From IMG/VR virus record IMGVR_UViG_3300035445_000156, positions 1 to 64,000 of that record: a stretch of DNA of 64,000 nucleotides. The stretch is one strand, 5' to 3'. Shown one piece after another: positions 46,817 through 55,683 of the stretch; position 1 is the first letter of the stretch; every line of letters begins with the position of its first letter. The notes under the pieces were generated by a model. That model searched no databases, was not told the origin of the DNA, and worked only from the letters and a program-made list of their open reading frames with translations. Made by a program: the position numbers and the translations under genes. This DNA is from an uncultured virus (IMG/VR IMGVR_UViG_3300035445_000156) (taxonomy: Duplodnaviria; Heunggongvirae; Uroviricota; Caudoviricetes).

Positions 46817-47107
46817 CTCCGCGGCGGACATGAGGGCGCGCAGCTCGTCGACCGAGACGCACGCGGCGTCCGCGTCGTCGAGCGTCGCCGGTCGACAGCC
46901 GAGGAGGTCGACCCGACTCGTCACGTGACCGGCGACGTCGTCGCCCGCGAGTTCGCCCAGCCACGGCTCGACCTCGTCTCGGCCCCTCGCCTGCTGCACG
47001 TGCAGCTCGCCGCGGTGGGTTGTCGCCCAGGTGCGCAGTTCGACCGTCTTCAGGCCGTGGCCGATGAGCGGCGCCCACGGCCACCGCACGGAGAGGGCTC
47101 GTTTCAC
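46718..47107 (-). CDS. ASCH domain protein
   Basis: 'ALSVRWPWAPLIGHGLKTVELRTWATTHRGEL'. Confidence 0.85.
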   Translation of the reverse strand: MKRALSVRWPWAPLIGHGLKTVELRTWATTHRGELHVQQARGRDEVEPWLGELAGDDVAGHVTSRVDLLGCRPATLDDADAACVSVDELRALMSAAESRGRTLFAWCLDGAAPVAPVPLRGMPGCLLRF

Positions 47108-47559
47108 TGAGTCGCTCTCCACGCCGCCCGGGAGCGGCGCCACGCCGGGAACGCGAGCTTCGCCCACGCGGCCCGCGCGAGGGTCGCGAAGAGGGCGGTC
47201 GCGGCGGGCCAGCCCCACGAGTCGGCCGCGACCAGCACGATCAGCGCGGGCCACGCCCACGTGACCAACTGCTCGCGCCAGGCGAGCGCGTCGATCAGCG
47301 CCTGTTTGCGCGGCGGGTACGGAGGAGCGGCGTGCCGCTCGCGGTGTCGTCCCTCGATGCTCGCCTTTTCCCGGGCCGTCTCCGCCTGGTAGAGGCGGAG
47401 CAGTCCGGTGACCGCGGCGATGGCGCCGGAGCGCAGATCGTGCACCGCGGGCAGGGCGCAGGCGATGAGCAGGGCCGTCTCCAGGGCGAGGGTCGCCGCA
47501 CGCTCATAGCGCCACGTCTCGCCGGAGATCCGAGCGTGAATCAGGTCGACCGAGGTCAC
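47104..47559 (-). CDS. Hypothetical membrane protein
   Basis: Hydrophobic segments; GTGA overlaps. Confidence 0.6.
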   Translation of the reverse strand: MTSVDLIHARISGETWRYERAATLALETALLIACALPAVHDLRSGAIAAVTGLLRLYQAETAREKASIEGRHRERHAAPPYPPRKQALIDALAWREQLVTWAWPALIVLVAADSWGWPAATALFATLARAAWAKLAFPAWRRSRAAWRATQ

Positions 47560-47936
47560 GACGCCCTCGGCCGCGTGTCGATCGCGCCGCCGGCGATCCG
47601 CGGATCGCCGGGAGAGACGACGCCGAACCGGTCGTCCCACACGTGGCCGGGATACAGGGAATGATCCGGGCCGGACACGACCGCGGTCCACCGCCCGGCG
47701 TCAGCTTCGACCCATCGCAGATCGTCCGAGAGGACCAGGACGTGTTTTGACGAGTAGTCCGTCTGCACGACGCGCCCCTCGCGCGCCGCGCGGAGGTAGT
47801 CGTCGGCGCGCGAGCAGCCGCCGGGGTAGTGGTGGAAGTCGGCCGAGTGCTTCGGGTCCACCTTGCCCGCCGCGAGACAGGCGGGGCAGCAAGCATCGAC
47901 GAGGTACAGATTTTTCGTGTTCATGAGTCTTCGCAT
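47556..47936 (-). CDS. Hypothetical early protein
   Basis: Directly after a minus-strand promoter. Confidence 0.6.
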   Translation of the reverse strand: MRRLMNTKNLYLVDACCPACLAAGKVDPKHSADFHHYPGGCSRADDYLRAAREGRVVQTDYSSKHVLVLSDDLRWVEADAGRWTAVVSGPDHSLYPGHVWDDRFGVVSPGDPRIAGGAIDTRPRAS

Positions 47937-47942
47937 GGGAGA

Positions 47943-47971
47943 GATATAGGTCAACATGTCTCACATGTCAA
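47943..47971 (-). promoter_or_regulatory. Promoter TTGACA-17-TATATC with degenerate operator TGAGACATGTTGACCTA
   Basis: Same register as the others. Confidence 0.65.
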
Positions 47972-48423
47972 GGATAAAGATCCGCGTCGCGCGCGCGATC
48001 GACCGGGTCGCCGCCCGGTTCTACGAGGGGCCGACCCCGCCCGCCCGCCTCGCCGAGCAGGCGCGCCTGTTCCTTCTCTCCCGCCCCGACGCGACCTCCC
48101 TCGACTGGGAACTCTTCGCCAGCGAGCTCGCGGCCTCCGCCTACCGGGACGGCTTCACGCGCGGGGTCGAGGCGCTGCTCCGCAGGCGGGAGCCCGAGTC
48201 CTTCCCGCTCGACGACGCGGCGGACCGGGAGCGGCACGAGTGGGCGCTGCAGGAGCAGTCCGAGGCGATGGCGCGCCACCTGGACGGCGACGGGGAGGGC
48301 GACCCGCTCGCGGGGGTGCCGCCGCACGAGCGGGCGGCCGCGTTCGACGAGATCGGCCGGGCCCTCGGCGGCTACCGGGTCGTCCTGGTCGCCTCGGACG
48401 CGGAGGCATCATCGCGGCCATGA
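47965..48423 (+). CDS. Hypothetical protein
   Basis: Codon bias. Confidence 0.65.
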   Translation: MSRIKIRVARAIDRVAARFYEGPTPPARLAEQARLFLLSRPDATSLDWELFASELAASAYRDGFTRGVEALLRRREPESFPLDDAADRERHEWALQEQSEAMARHLDGDGEGDPLAGVPPHERAAAFDEIGRALGGYRVVLVASDAEASSRP

Positions 48424-48734
48424 GGGAGCAGGTGTCGATCAGGGTGAAGGCGGTCAACGCGATCGTGGCGGTCGTGGACTTCGCGGCCTCCTCGGCTGCA
48501 GCGTATGAGGGGGAGAGCGCGCAGAAGGACGCCGTGATCCGGCAGCTCACCGAGCAGCTCGCGCGCGTCGAGGCGGAGAAGAAGGCAGTTGAGGACCGGA
48601 TACGGGAAGAGATGGCCGCGCCGATACGGGACCGCGTTGTCGCTCTCCTGTCGACGCGTGACCGGCTAGCAGACGACCGCGCGGTCTCGTTGCTCGATGG
48701 TGAGCTGAACGACCTGCGCGAGCTCTTGCGGTGA
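48420..48734 (+). CDS. Hypothetical coiled-coil protein
   Basis: CATCAT box 7 nt upstream. Confidence 0.6.
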   Translation: MREQVSIRVKAVNAIVAVVDFAASSAAAYEGESAQKDAVIRQLTEQLARVEAEKKAVEDRIREEMAAPIRDRVVALLSTRDRLADDRAVSLLDGELNDLRELLR

Positions 48735-48934
48735 TGTGGGTCGAGTGGTCCCCGCCCGGCTCATCCGTGACGGGGCGCTACGAGTCGCCGGAGTTCGAGG
48801 ACGGGCGCCGGCTGCCGCAGGCCGTCGAGGCGCGGTGCGAGGCGTGCGGCGAGCAGTGGCGGGGGACCTGCGAGAGCGGGCGCGTGCGGGAGAAGATCGC
48901 GAGGTTCGCGACGCTTCACCGGCACGGGACCTAG
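48731..48934 (+). CDS. Small Zn-binding hypothetical protein
   Basis: CEACG...HRH. Confidence 0.55.
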   Translation: MMWVEWSPPGSSVTGRYESPEFEDGRRLPQAVEARCEACGEQWRGTCESGRVREKIARFATLHRHGT

Positions 48935-49779
48935 GCGGCCTCCGCGTTTCGCACGACGAACTCGTGCAACTCGGTCCCGGAGCAGCCGCGGTACTCGGCG
49001 AGCCACTTCGCCGACCGCTCGGGCGTGAGCTTCATCTGGGCGGCGAGCGCGGCCCACGAGCGCTCGACCGTCTCCCGGCTCGCGTACAGCCATGAGCGGT
49101 CGTCGTCGTAGCAGTGCCAGTGCTTTACGTAGACGACCTCGCCGGTCGCGAGCACGTAGCGGTGCACGGTCGTCTCCTTCCCGATCTCGCCGACGAGCTC
49201 GGCCGGGGACGCGCCCTTCAGCACGTCGTACGAGAACGAGTCGGCGCACGAGAGACCCACGAGCAGCGCCTCGATCCGCTCCGCCTCGGCCTGCTCGGCG
49301 CGCTTCGCGTCCTCGGCTCTCCGGGCCCGCTCCGCGCGCCTCTCGCGCTCGGCGAGCTCGTCCGCCTCGACCCGCGCGATCTCGTCCGCGGCGGCGAGGC
49401 GGCAGTAGAGGGTCAGCGACCAGCCCCGGTCGTCGGACAGGCCGAAGCTCAGGCCGTCCTCGGAGATCCACGTCCGTCGCTGCGCGACGACGGTCACGAC
49501 CTTCTCGGCGTGCTCGCCCGCGCGCTTGCCGAGGCGGAACGACCGGCCCACCTCGGAGTCGAGGTCGGGCTTGGACGGTCCGCAGTCGCGGGTGAGGACG
49601 ACCGGCGCCTCCTCCCTGCTCGGCTCTTTCCACGACTTCTTCTCGGGGGCCGGCGACGGCTTCGCCGGGCACGCGACGTGCCGGCTGCCCTTGCCCTTCT
49701 CCCACTCGATGCTCGCTCCGGAGGCGAACCCTCCGCCGCACCTCTCGCACTTGCCCGCGTACTTCGCAACGATCCGCAT
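48931..49779 (-). CDS. Hypothetical early protein with N-terminal Zn ribbon
   Basis: 'AKYAGKCERCG...HVAC'; AAGGGAG SD; own promoter. Confidence 0.75.
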   Translation of the reverse strand: MRIVAKYAGKCERCGGGFASGASIEWEKGKGSRHVACPAKPSPAPEKKSWKEPSREEAPVVLTRDCGPSKPDLDSEVGRSFRLGKRAGEHAEKVVTVVAQRRTWISEDGLSFGLSDDRGWSLTLYCRLAAADEIARVEADELAERERRAERARRAEDAKRAEQAEAERIEALLVGLSCADSFSYDVLKGASPAELVGEIGKETTVHRYVLATGEVVYVKHWHCYDDDRSWLYASRETVERSWAALAAQMKLTPERSAKWLAEYRGCSGTELHEFVVRNAEAA

Positions 49780-49801
49780 GTCTCTCTCCCTTCCGACGAA
49801 C

Positions 49802-49830
49802 AGACTAGGACATGATGTCCTAGCCGTCAA
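49802..49830 (-). promoter_or_regulatory. Promoter TTGACG-17-TAGTCT with operator CTAGGACATCATGTCCTAG
   Basis: Palindrome at 49805-49823. Confidence 0.85.
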
Positions 49831-49847
49831 GGGAAATTCGACCGGTC

Positions 49848-49869
49848 GAGATAACACCGGTGTTATCTC
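49848..49869. repeat. 22-bp palindrome, copy 10 (intergenic)
   Basis: Exact match followed by GGACAAACC. Confidence 0.97.
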
Positions 49870-49896
49870 CCCGGACAAACCGGCATCCTCCGCGCG

Positions 49897-51852
49897 ATGG
49901 GCGACTACATCGACGAGGCGTTCGGGCCGGGCGGGCACCTGTCGCGGGCGCTGCCCGGCTACGAGCCGCGGAGGGGGCAGGTCGACCTCGCGCGCGCCGT
50001 CGACCGGGCGATCCGCGACTCCACCGTCCTGCTCGGCGAGGCCGGTACGGGCGTCGGCAAGTCCTTCGCCTACGCGGTGCCGGCGGTCTGGCACGCGGTC
50101 CACGAGGGCCGGCGCGTGCTCGTCGTGACGGCGAACCTGAACCTGCAGGACCAGCTCGCGGGCAAGGACCTCCCGCTCCTCCGTGCCTGCCTCCCGTGGC
50201 CGTTCGACTTCGCGGTGATGAAGGGGCGGGCGAACTACCTGTGCCTCGACCGGCACGCGGACTCGCTCTCCGAGTCCGTCTTCGGCTCGCTCTTCGGGCG
50301 GCGAGAGGAGGTCGAGCAGTGGGACCGCGTCAACTCGTGGGCCGCGGAGACGACGGGCGGCGACGTGGCGGAGCTGCCGTTCGAGCCGCTGCCGAGCCTG
50401 CGCCAGCGCTTCACGGTCGGCGCGGAGGACTGCCTCGGGCGGGCGTGCCCGAGGCACGGCGACTGCTTCGCGAACAGGGCGAAGGTCAGGGCCGAGTCGG
50501 CGCACGTGGTCGTCGCGAACTACCACCTGCTCTTCGCGCACCTGCAGGTCGTCCGGGGGAGCGGCGGCGAGGCGGCGGTGCTGCCGCCGTTCGACGCGAT
50601 GGTCCTCGACGAGGCGAACAGGGCGGCGGACATCGCGCGCGACTTCTTCGGCGCGCGCGTCACGGCGGGCGCGTGCCGGTGGGCGGCGCGCCTGCTCGCC
50701 GGCAAGGAGGGCGACCTCGACCCGGAGCTCAAGGAGCGGATCTCGGGGGAGGCGGACCGGTTCTTCGAGGCACTCGGGGACCACGCCGCGTCGCCGGCCT
50801 ACCGGTCCCGACTCCGACGCGCAGACTCAGTGCGGGACTGGGGTCGCTTGGTAGGGCTCATGCAGCGGGCCTCTTCCGTCTACCTGTCGGCGGCGGGGAC
50901 CGAGGAGCCGAAGCGCAAGGAGCAGCTCAGGAAGTGCGCGAGCCGGTGCGAGGGGATCGTCTCGGCGGTGACGGCCGCCATGTCGGACCCGGCGGGGGAC
51001 GACGACCGCGTCTACTTCGTCGACCGGCAGGGCGACCGGGTCGCGCTCGCGAGCAAGGCGATCGACGTCTCCGGCCGGCTGCGCGCCGAGCTCTTCGAGG
51101 CGGAGTCGGTCGGGTCGGTCACGTGCACGAGCGCGACCTTGCGCGTCGGCGCCTCCTTCGAGTTCTTCTCCGGCGAGGTCGGGGTCGCGGAGTCGCACGA
51201 CGTCGAGGAGCTCGTCGCCGAGAGCCCGTTCGACTTCCGCGAGCAGTGCCTGCTCGTCGTCCCGCGCGACGCGCCGGACCCGAAGCTCGACGTCCAGCAC
51301 CGCGAGGCCGCGCGCCTGTTCGTCGAGGCGTGCCGGCAGGCGGGCGGCAGGACGCTCGGGCTGTTCACGAGCTACCGGAGCTTGACGGTCGCGCACGAGC
51401 TCGCGTCGGCGAGGCTCCCCTACCGGGTGATGCGGCAGGGCGAGGCGCCGCGGCACGAGCTCGTCCGGCGTTTCCGGGAGGACAAGACGAGCGTGCTGCT
51501 CGGGGCGGAGTCGTTCTGGTCGGGCGTCGACGTGCCGGGCGAGGCGCTCTCGTGCGTCGTGATGGACCGGCTGCCGTTCCCGAACCCGTCCGACCCGGTG
51601 ATGGACGCGCTCGCGGAGCGGGACGACGACTCGTTCCGGAACCAGTCGCTGCCGCGCGCGACGACCATGTTCCGGCAGGGGTTCGGCCGGCTGATCCGGG
51701 CGTCGACCGACCGGGGCGCCGTCGTGTGCCTGGACTCCCGTCTCCTGGACAAACCGTACGGCAAGCTCTTCCTGAAGTGCCTGCCGGCGGGCGTGCGGAT
51801 GTCGCGCGACCTCGCCGACGTCGGCCGCTTCCTCGCATCATCTGCGACATGA
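49897..51852 (+). CDS. dinG: DinG/YoaA-family Fe-S helicase
   Basis: EAGTGVGKS; KGRANYLC; Cys cluster; LDEA; LFTSY; FWSGVDVPG; QGFGRLIR. Confidence 0.93.
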   Translation: MGDYIDEAFGPGGHLSRALPGYEPRRGQVDLARAVDRAIRDSTVLLGEAGTGVGKSFAYAVPAVWHAVHEGRRVLVVTANLNLQDQLAGKDLPLLRACLPWPFDFAVMKGRANYLCLDRHADSLSESVFGSLFGRREEVEQWDRVNSWAAETTGGDVAELPFEPLPSLRQRFTVGAEDCLGRACPRHGDCFANRAKVRAESAHVVVANYHLLFAHLQVVRGSGGEAAVLPPFDAMVLDEANRAADIARDFFGARVTAGACRWAARLLAGKEGDLDPELKERISGEADRFFEALGDHAASPAYRSRLRRADSVRDWGRLVGLMQRASSVYLSAAGTEEPKRKEQLRKCASRCEGIVSAVTAAMSDPAGDDDRVYFVDRQGDRVALASKAIDVSGRLRAELFEAESVGSVTCTSATLRVGASFEFFSGEVGVAESHDVEELVAESPFDFREQCLLVVPRDAPDPKLDVQHREAARLFVEACRQAGGRTLGLFTSYRSLTVAHELASARLPYRVMRQGEAPRHELVRRFREDKTSVLLGAESFWSGVDVPGEALSCVVMDRLPFPNPSDPVMDALAERDDDSFRNQSLPRATTMFRQGFGRLIRASTDRGAVVCLDSRLLDKPYGKLFLKCLPAGVRMSRDLADVGRFLASSAT

Positions 51853-52451
51853 CCGAACCGTTCCGTGTCATCTCGGCCGACCCGCCTTGGCCGTTCAGGG
51901 ACAAACTCCCGGGATCGGGCAGGGGCGCCGGGAAGCACTACAACCTGCTCTCGCTCGAAGGGATCAAGGACTTCCCCCTGCCGTCGATTGCGGACGACGC
52001 GGTCCTCTTCCTCTGGCGGGTCGCGTCGATGTCGGAGGAGGCGCACGCGGTCGAGCGCGCGTGGGGATTCACGCACAAGACGGAGATCGTGTGGGAGAAG
52101 CAGAGCGTCTGCTCGAAGTGCAAGGGGGGCGGAGAACGCTTCAACCCGACGAGACCCTGTGAGCAGTGCGGCGGAGGCGGGCGCAACCGCTGGTTCGGCA
52201 TGGGGCGGATCACGCGCGCGGCGCACGAGGTCTGCCTCGTCGCGACTCGCGGCCGGCCGAAGGTGCTCGACCGCTCGGTCCGGAGTCTCTTCTCGGCGGT
52301 CGTCCCCGGTGGCCGCCACAGCGCGAAGCCGCCCGAGTTCTACGCGATGGTCGAGCGGCTATTCGCGGGGCCCTACTGCGAGCTCTTCGCGGTCGAGCGG
52401 CGACCGGGCTGGCACCAGGAGGGCTTCCAGCTCGGGGAGGAGATCCGGTGA
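51849..52451 (+). CDS. MT-A70-family adenine methyltransferase with inserted Zn finger
   Basis: ADPPW; LFLW; WGF; HSAKP; ELFA. Confidence 0.9.
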   Translation: MTEPFRVISADPPWPFRDKLPGSGRGAGKHYNLLSLEGIKDFPLPSIADDAVLFLWRVASMSEEAHAVERAWGFTHKTEIVWEKQSVCSKCKGGGERFNPTRPCEQCGGGGRNRWFGMGRITRAAHEVCLVATRGRPKVLDRSVRSLFSAVVPGGRHSAKPPEFYAMVERLFAGPYCELFAVERRPGWHQEGFQLGEEIR

Positions 52452-53032
52452 GCGACGACTCGAACGTCCTGTCTCGTCCCCCTCCCGCGCTCGTCGAGCG
52501 AGTCGTCGACGACTTCGAGGCGATCCGGATCCTCGCGCTCCGGCTGGAACGGCGAGAGCAGAGCGACCTCGTGCGGTTCGACGTCGGTCAGGCCGACGGT
52601 TCGTCGTGGCGGGTCAAGGTCGAGTGCGTCGATCGGGACCGTCGAGGAGTTCGATACCCGGAGTTGCCTCCTCCCGGCGTCCTCGTCGAGTTCCGCGTCG
52701 ACGGGCGAGGGACGTCTGAGGTCGCGCTCGAGGTCATGAGCGACGTCGGCGCGCTCGAGCTGGCCGGTCACTCGATCGCGGACCCTCCCCTACGGCCGAG
52801 CTGGGCGTCGAATGAACCCTTCGTCGCGAAAGAGTCGACGGTCGCCGGGTGCACCGGTCGCATCCGGCAACGCATCGCCAGGGCGCTGCAGTCTCGGGTG
52901 CGGGACAACGCCGCCCGGCTCAAGGCGGACGGCTTCGACTTCTCGGCGGATGGTTGGGATCTAGTCACACGTTTCGTCTGGCCGGGCCCGTCTCCCTCGG
53001 AGGCATCGGTCCGGGGGTACTTTCCCGGGTGA
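52448..53032 (+). CDS. Hypothetical protein
   Basis: GGAGG SD; overlapping codons. Confidence 0.6.
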   Translation: MSDDSNVLSRPPPALVERVVDDFEAIRILALRLERREQSDLVRFDVGQADGSSWRVKVECVDRDRRGVRYPELPPPGVLVEFRVDGRGTSEVALEVMSDVGALELAGHSIADPPLRPSWASNEPFVAKESTVAGCTGRIRQRIARALQSRVRDNAARLKADGFDFSADGWDLVTRFVWPGPSPSEASVRGYFPG

Positions 53033-53271
53033 TGCGAAAGAAGAAGGATAGGCCGGAGGAGGTGCCCCGGCTGCTCGTCGTGACGGTCCCGCTCGCGCGG
53101 GGGTCGGACGAGGCGACGGCGGCGCGCTTCGCCGGGATGGTCGGCGCGGTGCTCGACGACTTCTTCGAGTCGATGCGACGCGAGGGCGTGGCGCACCCGG
53201 CGGTCGGGAGCAACGTCGCGGTCGAGCGGGGGACCGGTCGGAGCGACCTCGACGTCCGGGCCCTGCACTGA
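53032..53271 (+). CDS. Hypothetical protein
   Basis: TGATG coupling. Confidence 0.55.
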   Translation: MRKKKDRPEEVPRLLVVTVPLARGSDEATAARFAGMVGAVLDDFFESMRREGVAHPAVGSNVAVERGTGRSDLDVRALH

Positions 53272-53292
53272 GCCCCGCATCATCGTCCTCTG

Positions 53293-53763
53293 ATGCGCGT
53301 GCGAGAGCGGGTCAGGGGTCCGAAGGCCAGGGTCTTGGGCGCCCGCGCGCTCTCGGAGGAGGTCATACGGGAAGGCGACGGTCGGCGGAGACTCAGGGTC
53401 TCCCGACCCGAGATGCGTGCCGACTGCGAGCCGGGCGGGCGGTTCGCCGCGCGGCCGTGCCCGTTCGTCTCGTGCCGGCACCACCTGATGCTCGAGGCGG
53501 ACGGGGCGAGCATCAGGTTCAACTTCGAGTCGCTCGAGGAGATGGACGACACGTGCCTGCTCGACGCAGTCGACCGAGCGCGGGAGCGCGCGGACGACTC
53601 GCCGCTCTTCGACCGCGCGACCGGCGGGCTCAAGGTGCAGCACGTCTCGCGGCTGATGAACCTCGCGCCGGAGCGGGTGCGCGAGATCGAGGCGGCGGGG
53701 CTCGACCTGCTCAAGCAGGCGGCGGCGAGACTCCGCCGGAGCGACGAGTTCGAGGGGGACTAG
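53293..53763 (+). CDS. Sigma70 region-4-like HTH protein, myxobacterial Cys/His type
   Basis: 'RPCPFVSCRHHL...TCLLD...MNLAPERVREIEAAGL'. Confidence 0.8.
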   Translation: MRVRERVRGPKARVLGARALSEEVIREGDGRRRLRVSRPEMRADCEPGGRFAARPCPFVSCRHHLMLEADGASIRFNFESLEEMDDTCLLDAVDRARERADDSPLFDRATGGLKVQHVSRLMNLAPERVREIEAAGLDLLKQAAARLRRSDEFEGD

Positions 53764-53818
53764 ACTGGGGCGGGTGAGAGGGAGACGAGTCGGCCGGCCG
53801 CCGGTCGAGGGCGAGGCG

Positions 53819-54364
53819 ATGCGACCGCCGCCGCCGAAGACGAGCCCGGAGACCATGCGGGCGAGGCGGGACCTCGTGACGCGCCTGCGCGCCTTCGGCC
53901 TGACGCTGCCGATGGTGCGCGAGTCGATCCGGGACCAGACGACGCCGGCCCCGGGCGACACGGAGGTCGAGGCCGCGAAGAAGCTCCTGCTCGCGGAGCA
54001 GATCGGCGCGCCGCTCTCGGACGCGCAGGTCGCGTACGCGTGGGACGTGGCCGAAAAGGAGGCGCTCGAGCGGTTCGAGCAGGACCGGGCGAGCGCGCGC
54101 GCCTTCCAGGCGGAGCGGCTCTCGCGGGACCTCGTCGCGCTCCGGCAGCACGCCCGGGGCGCGAAGGGGACGGCGCCCTACCGGGAGGTGGCCAAGCACG
54201 AGGAGCTGCTCGGGCGCGTCTACGGCACGTTCGCCCCCGAGCGCGTCGCAGTCGACGTGGACGCGACGGTGCGCCGGTCGCTCCTGATGGTCGTGATGGG
54301 CATGTCCCCGGAGGAGCAGGACCAGCTCGTCGAGGAGGAGCGAGCGCGCGAGCTCGACTCGTAG
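53819..54364 (+). CDS. Helical protein, possible terminase small subunit
   Basis: HTH-like N-terminus and 'LLGRVYGTFAPERVAVDV' C-terminus; weak call. Confidence 0.35.
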   Translation: MRPPPPKTSPETMRARRDLVTRLRAFGLTLPMVRESIRDQTTPAPGDTEVEAAKKLLLAEQIGAPLSDAQVAYAWDVAEKEALERFEQDRASARAFQAERLSRDLVALRQHARGAKGTAPYREVAKHEELLGRVYGTFAPERVAVDVDATVRRSLLMVVMGMSPEEQDQLVEEERARELDS

Positions 54365-54377
54365 CGGGCATCATCCG

Positions 54378-54399
54378 GAGATAACACCGGTGTTATCTC
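54378..54399. repeat. 22-bp palindrome, copy 11 (intergenic)
   Basis: Exact match followed by CGGGACAAACC. Confidence 0.97.
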
Positions 54400-54424
54400 C
54401 GGGACAAACCAGAGGGAGAAGGAC

Positions 54425-54682
54425 ATGAGCGACAAGAACGGTTGGGCGTCCATCCGCGCGGTCGAGATCACGGTCGAGCCGGGCGACGGGGTGGACATGG
54501 CGAAGACGGTCGCCGCGGCGCTCTCGTCGCTCGGCTGGGGACCGAGCGAGCAGGAGTTCAACCTGACGGCGACCGTCGACCTGCAGGGGTCCACCGACCC
54601 GCAGCCGGTCGCCGGGCCGACCGGACCGCCGCCGCTCCGGGACGAGCGGCCGTCTCGCCCGGGGATCGCGAGGGCGGAGTGA
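54425..54682 (+). CDS. Hypothetical protein
   Basis: SD present; codon bias. Confidence 0.65.
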   Translation: MSDKNGWASIRAVEITVEPGDGVDMAKTVAAALSSLGWGPSEQEFNLTATVDLQGSTDPQPVAGPTGPPPLRDERPSRPGIARAE

Positions 54683-55314
54683 ACGAGGTCGCCCGAGCCC
54701 TGCTCGTCGCCGTGCTCGCGCTCGCGTATCTCCTGACGCGGGAGCGGCGCGCGCACCTCTCCTTCGTCGCGGCCCTGTGCGCCTTCAGCGTGACGGACGC
54801 GATCCGGAGCCTCGTCTCGGCGTCGCTCGCGACCGAGGCGGCGCTCTACCTCGCGTGGCCGGCGACCGTCGCCTTCCTCGCGGGCCTGGTCCGGCCGCGC
54901 TCCGCGCGCTGGTTCGTGTGCGTGGTCGTCGCGCACGCGGCGCTCACGTCCGCGGCCGCCTCGTGCTCGGCCGACTACGGGGCGCGGCGGGCCGTCTACG
55001 CCTGCGCGCACTCGCTCGCGGCCCTCTCGTTCGCCCCGCTCGTCGTCGACCTCCTGAGGCGGCGTCGGGCGCCGACGGAGACGGAGTCCGCCTCGCTCTA
55101 CCTGGCGGGCGGGGAGCTCGCGTGGGTCGTGCCTGTAGTCTTCGTCCCGGCGGGACACTGGGCGTGGGCGTCCGGTCTCCAGTCGACGGTCCTCTACCTC
55201 TTGCTCGCGGGGGCTCACGTCCGATGGATCTGGCGCGCTCGGTCTTCCTCTCGCTCGGCTCGGTCGCCGGGTGCCTCGGGGCGGTCGCCGGTCTCCTCGC
55301 TCTCGCGCGCGTGA
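54679..55314 (+). CDS. Multi-pass membrane protein
   Basis: Several hydrophobic helices. Confidence 0.6.
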   Translation: MNEVARALLVAVLALAYLLTRERRAHLSFVAALCAFSVTDAIRSLVSASLATEAALYLAWPATVAFLAGLVRPRSARWFVCVVVAHAALTSAAASCSADYGARRAVYACAHSLAALSFAPLVVDLLRRRRAPTETESASLYLAGGELAWVVPVVFVPAGHWAWASGLQSTVLYLLLAGAHVRWIWRARSSSRSARSPGASGRSPVSSLSRA

Positions 55315-55466
55315 GGGCGATAGAGCCGCGGCTGGCGGTCGTCGAGGAGCGCGCCGAGCTGCTCGAGCCGCTCGGGCACCTGGCGACGGTCCTCGCGCCG
55401 CCGCGCTTCGACCCGGACGAGCCGCCGAAGAGCGTCAGGGTCGCGCCGGCATCATCGGGGGAGTGA
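55224..55466 (+). CDS. Small single-TM protein
   Basis: N-terminal hydrophobic helix followed by a coiled coil. Confidence 0.5.
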   Translation: MDLARSVFLSLGSVAGCLGAVAGLLALARVRAIEPRLAVVEERAELLEPLGHLATVLAPPRFDPDEPPKSVRVAPASSGE

Positions 55467-55683
55467 AAGTTCTGGCGGGGCGCGTCCCCCGGAGGGCATC
55501 CGGCCCGGATACCGGGGCGGGTTTCTCGATATCCGCAATCCGCAATCCGCGCGCAAGGCGACGAAAGGGGCCGAGTTCCCGGCATCGGGGCCGGGCCGGC
55601 TCGCTCGCGCCTCTCCCCCTCGCGTGAAAGACATTGCGCGCGGGGACCGGAGCCGCCGAGAGTCTCGGAGAAGGGAGCGGGCG

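Noticed and set aside
914..54399. Palindrome as a CRISPR repeat
   Set aside because: Copies are kilobases apart with no spacer array, and no cas genes were recognised
914..54399. Palindrome as an adapter or assembly artefact
   Set aside because: It matches no adapter I know, preserves reading frames, sits next to promoter boxes and has naturally degenerate variants; a read check is still advised
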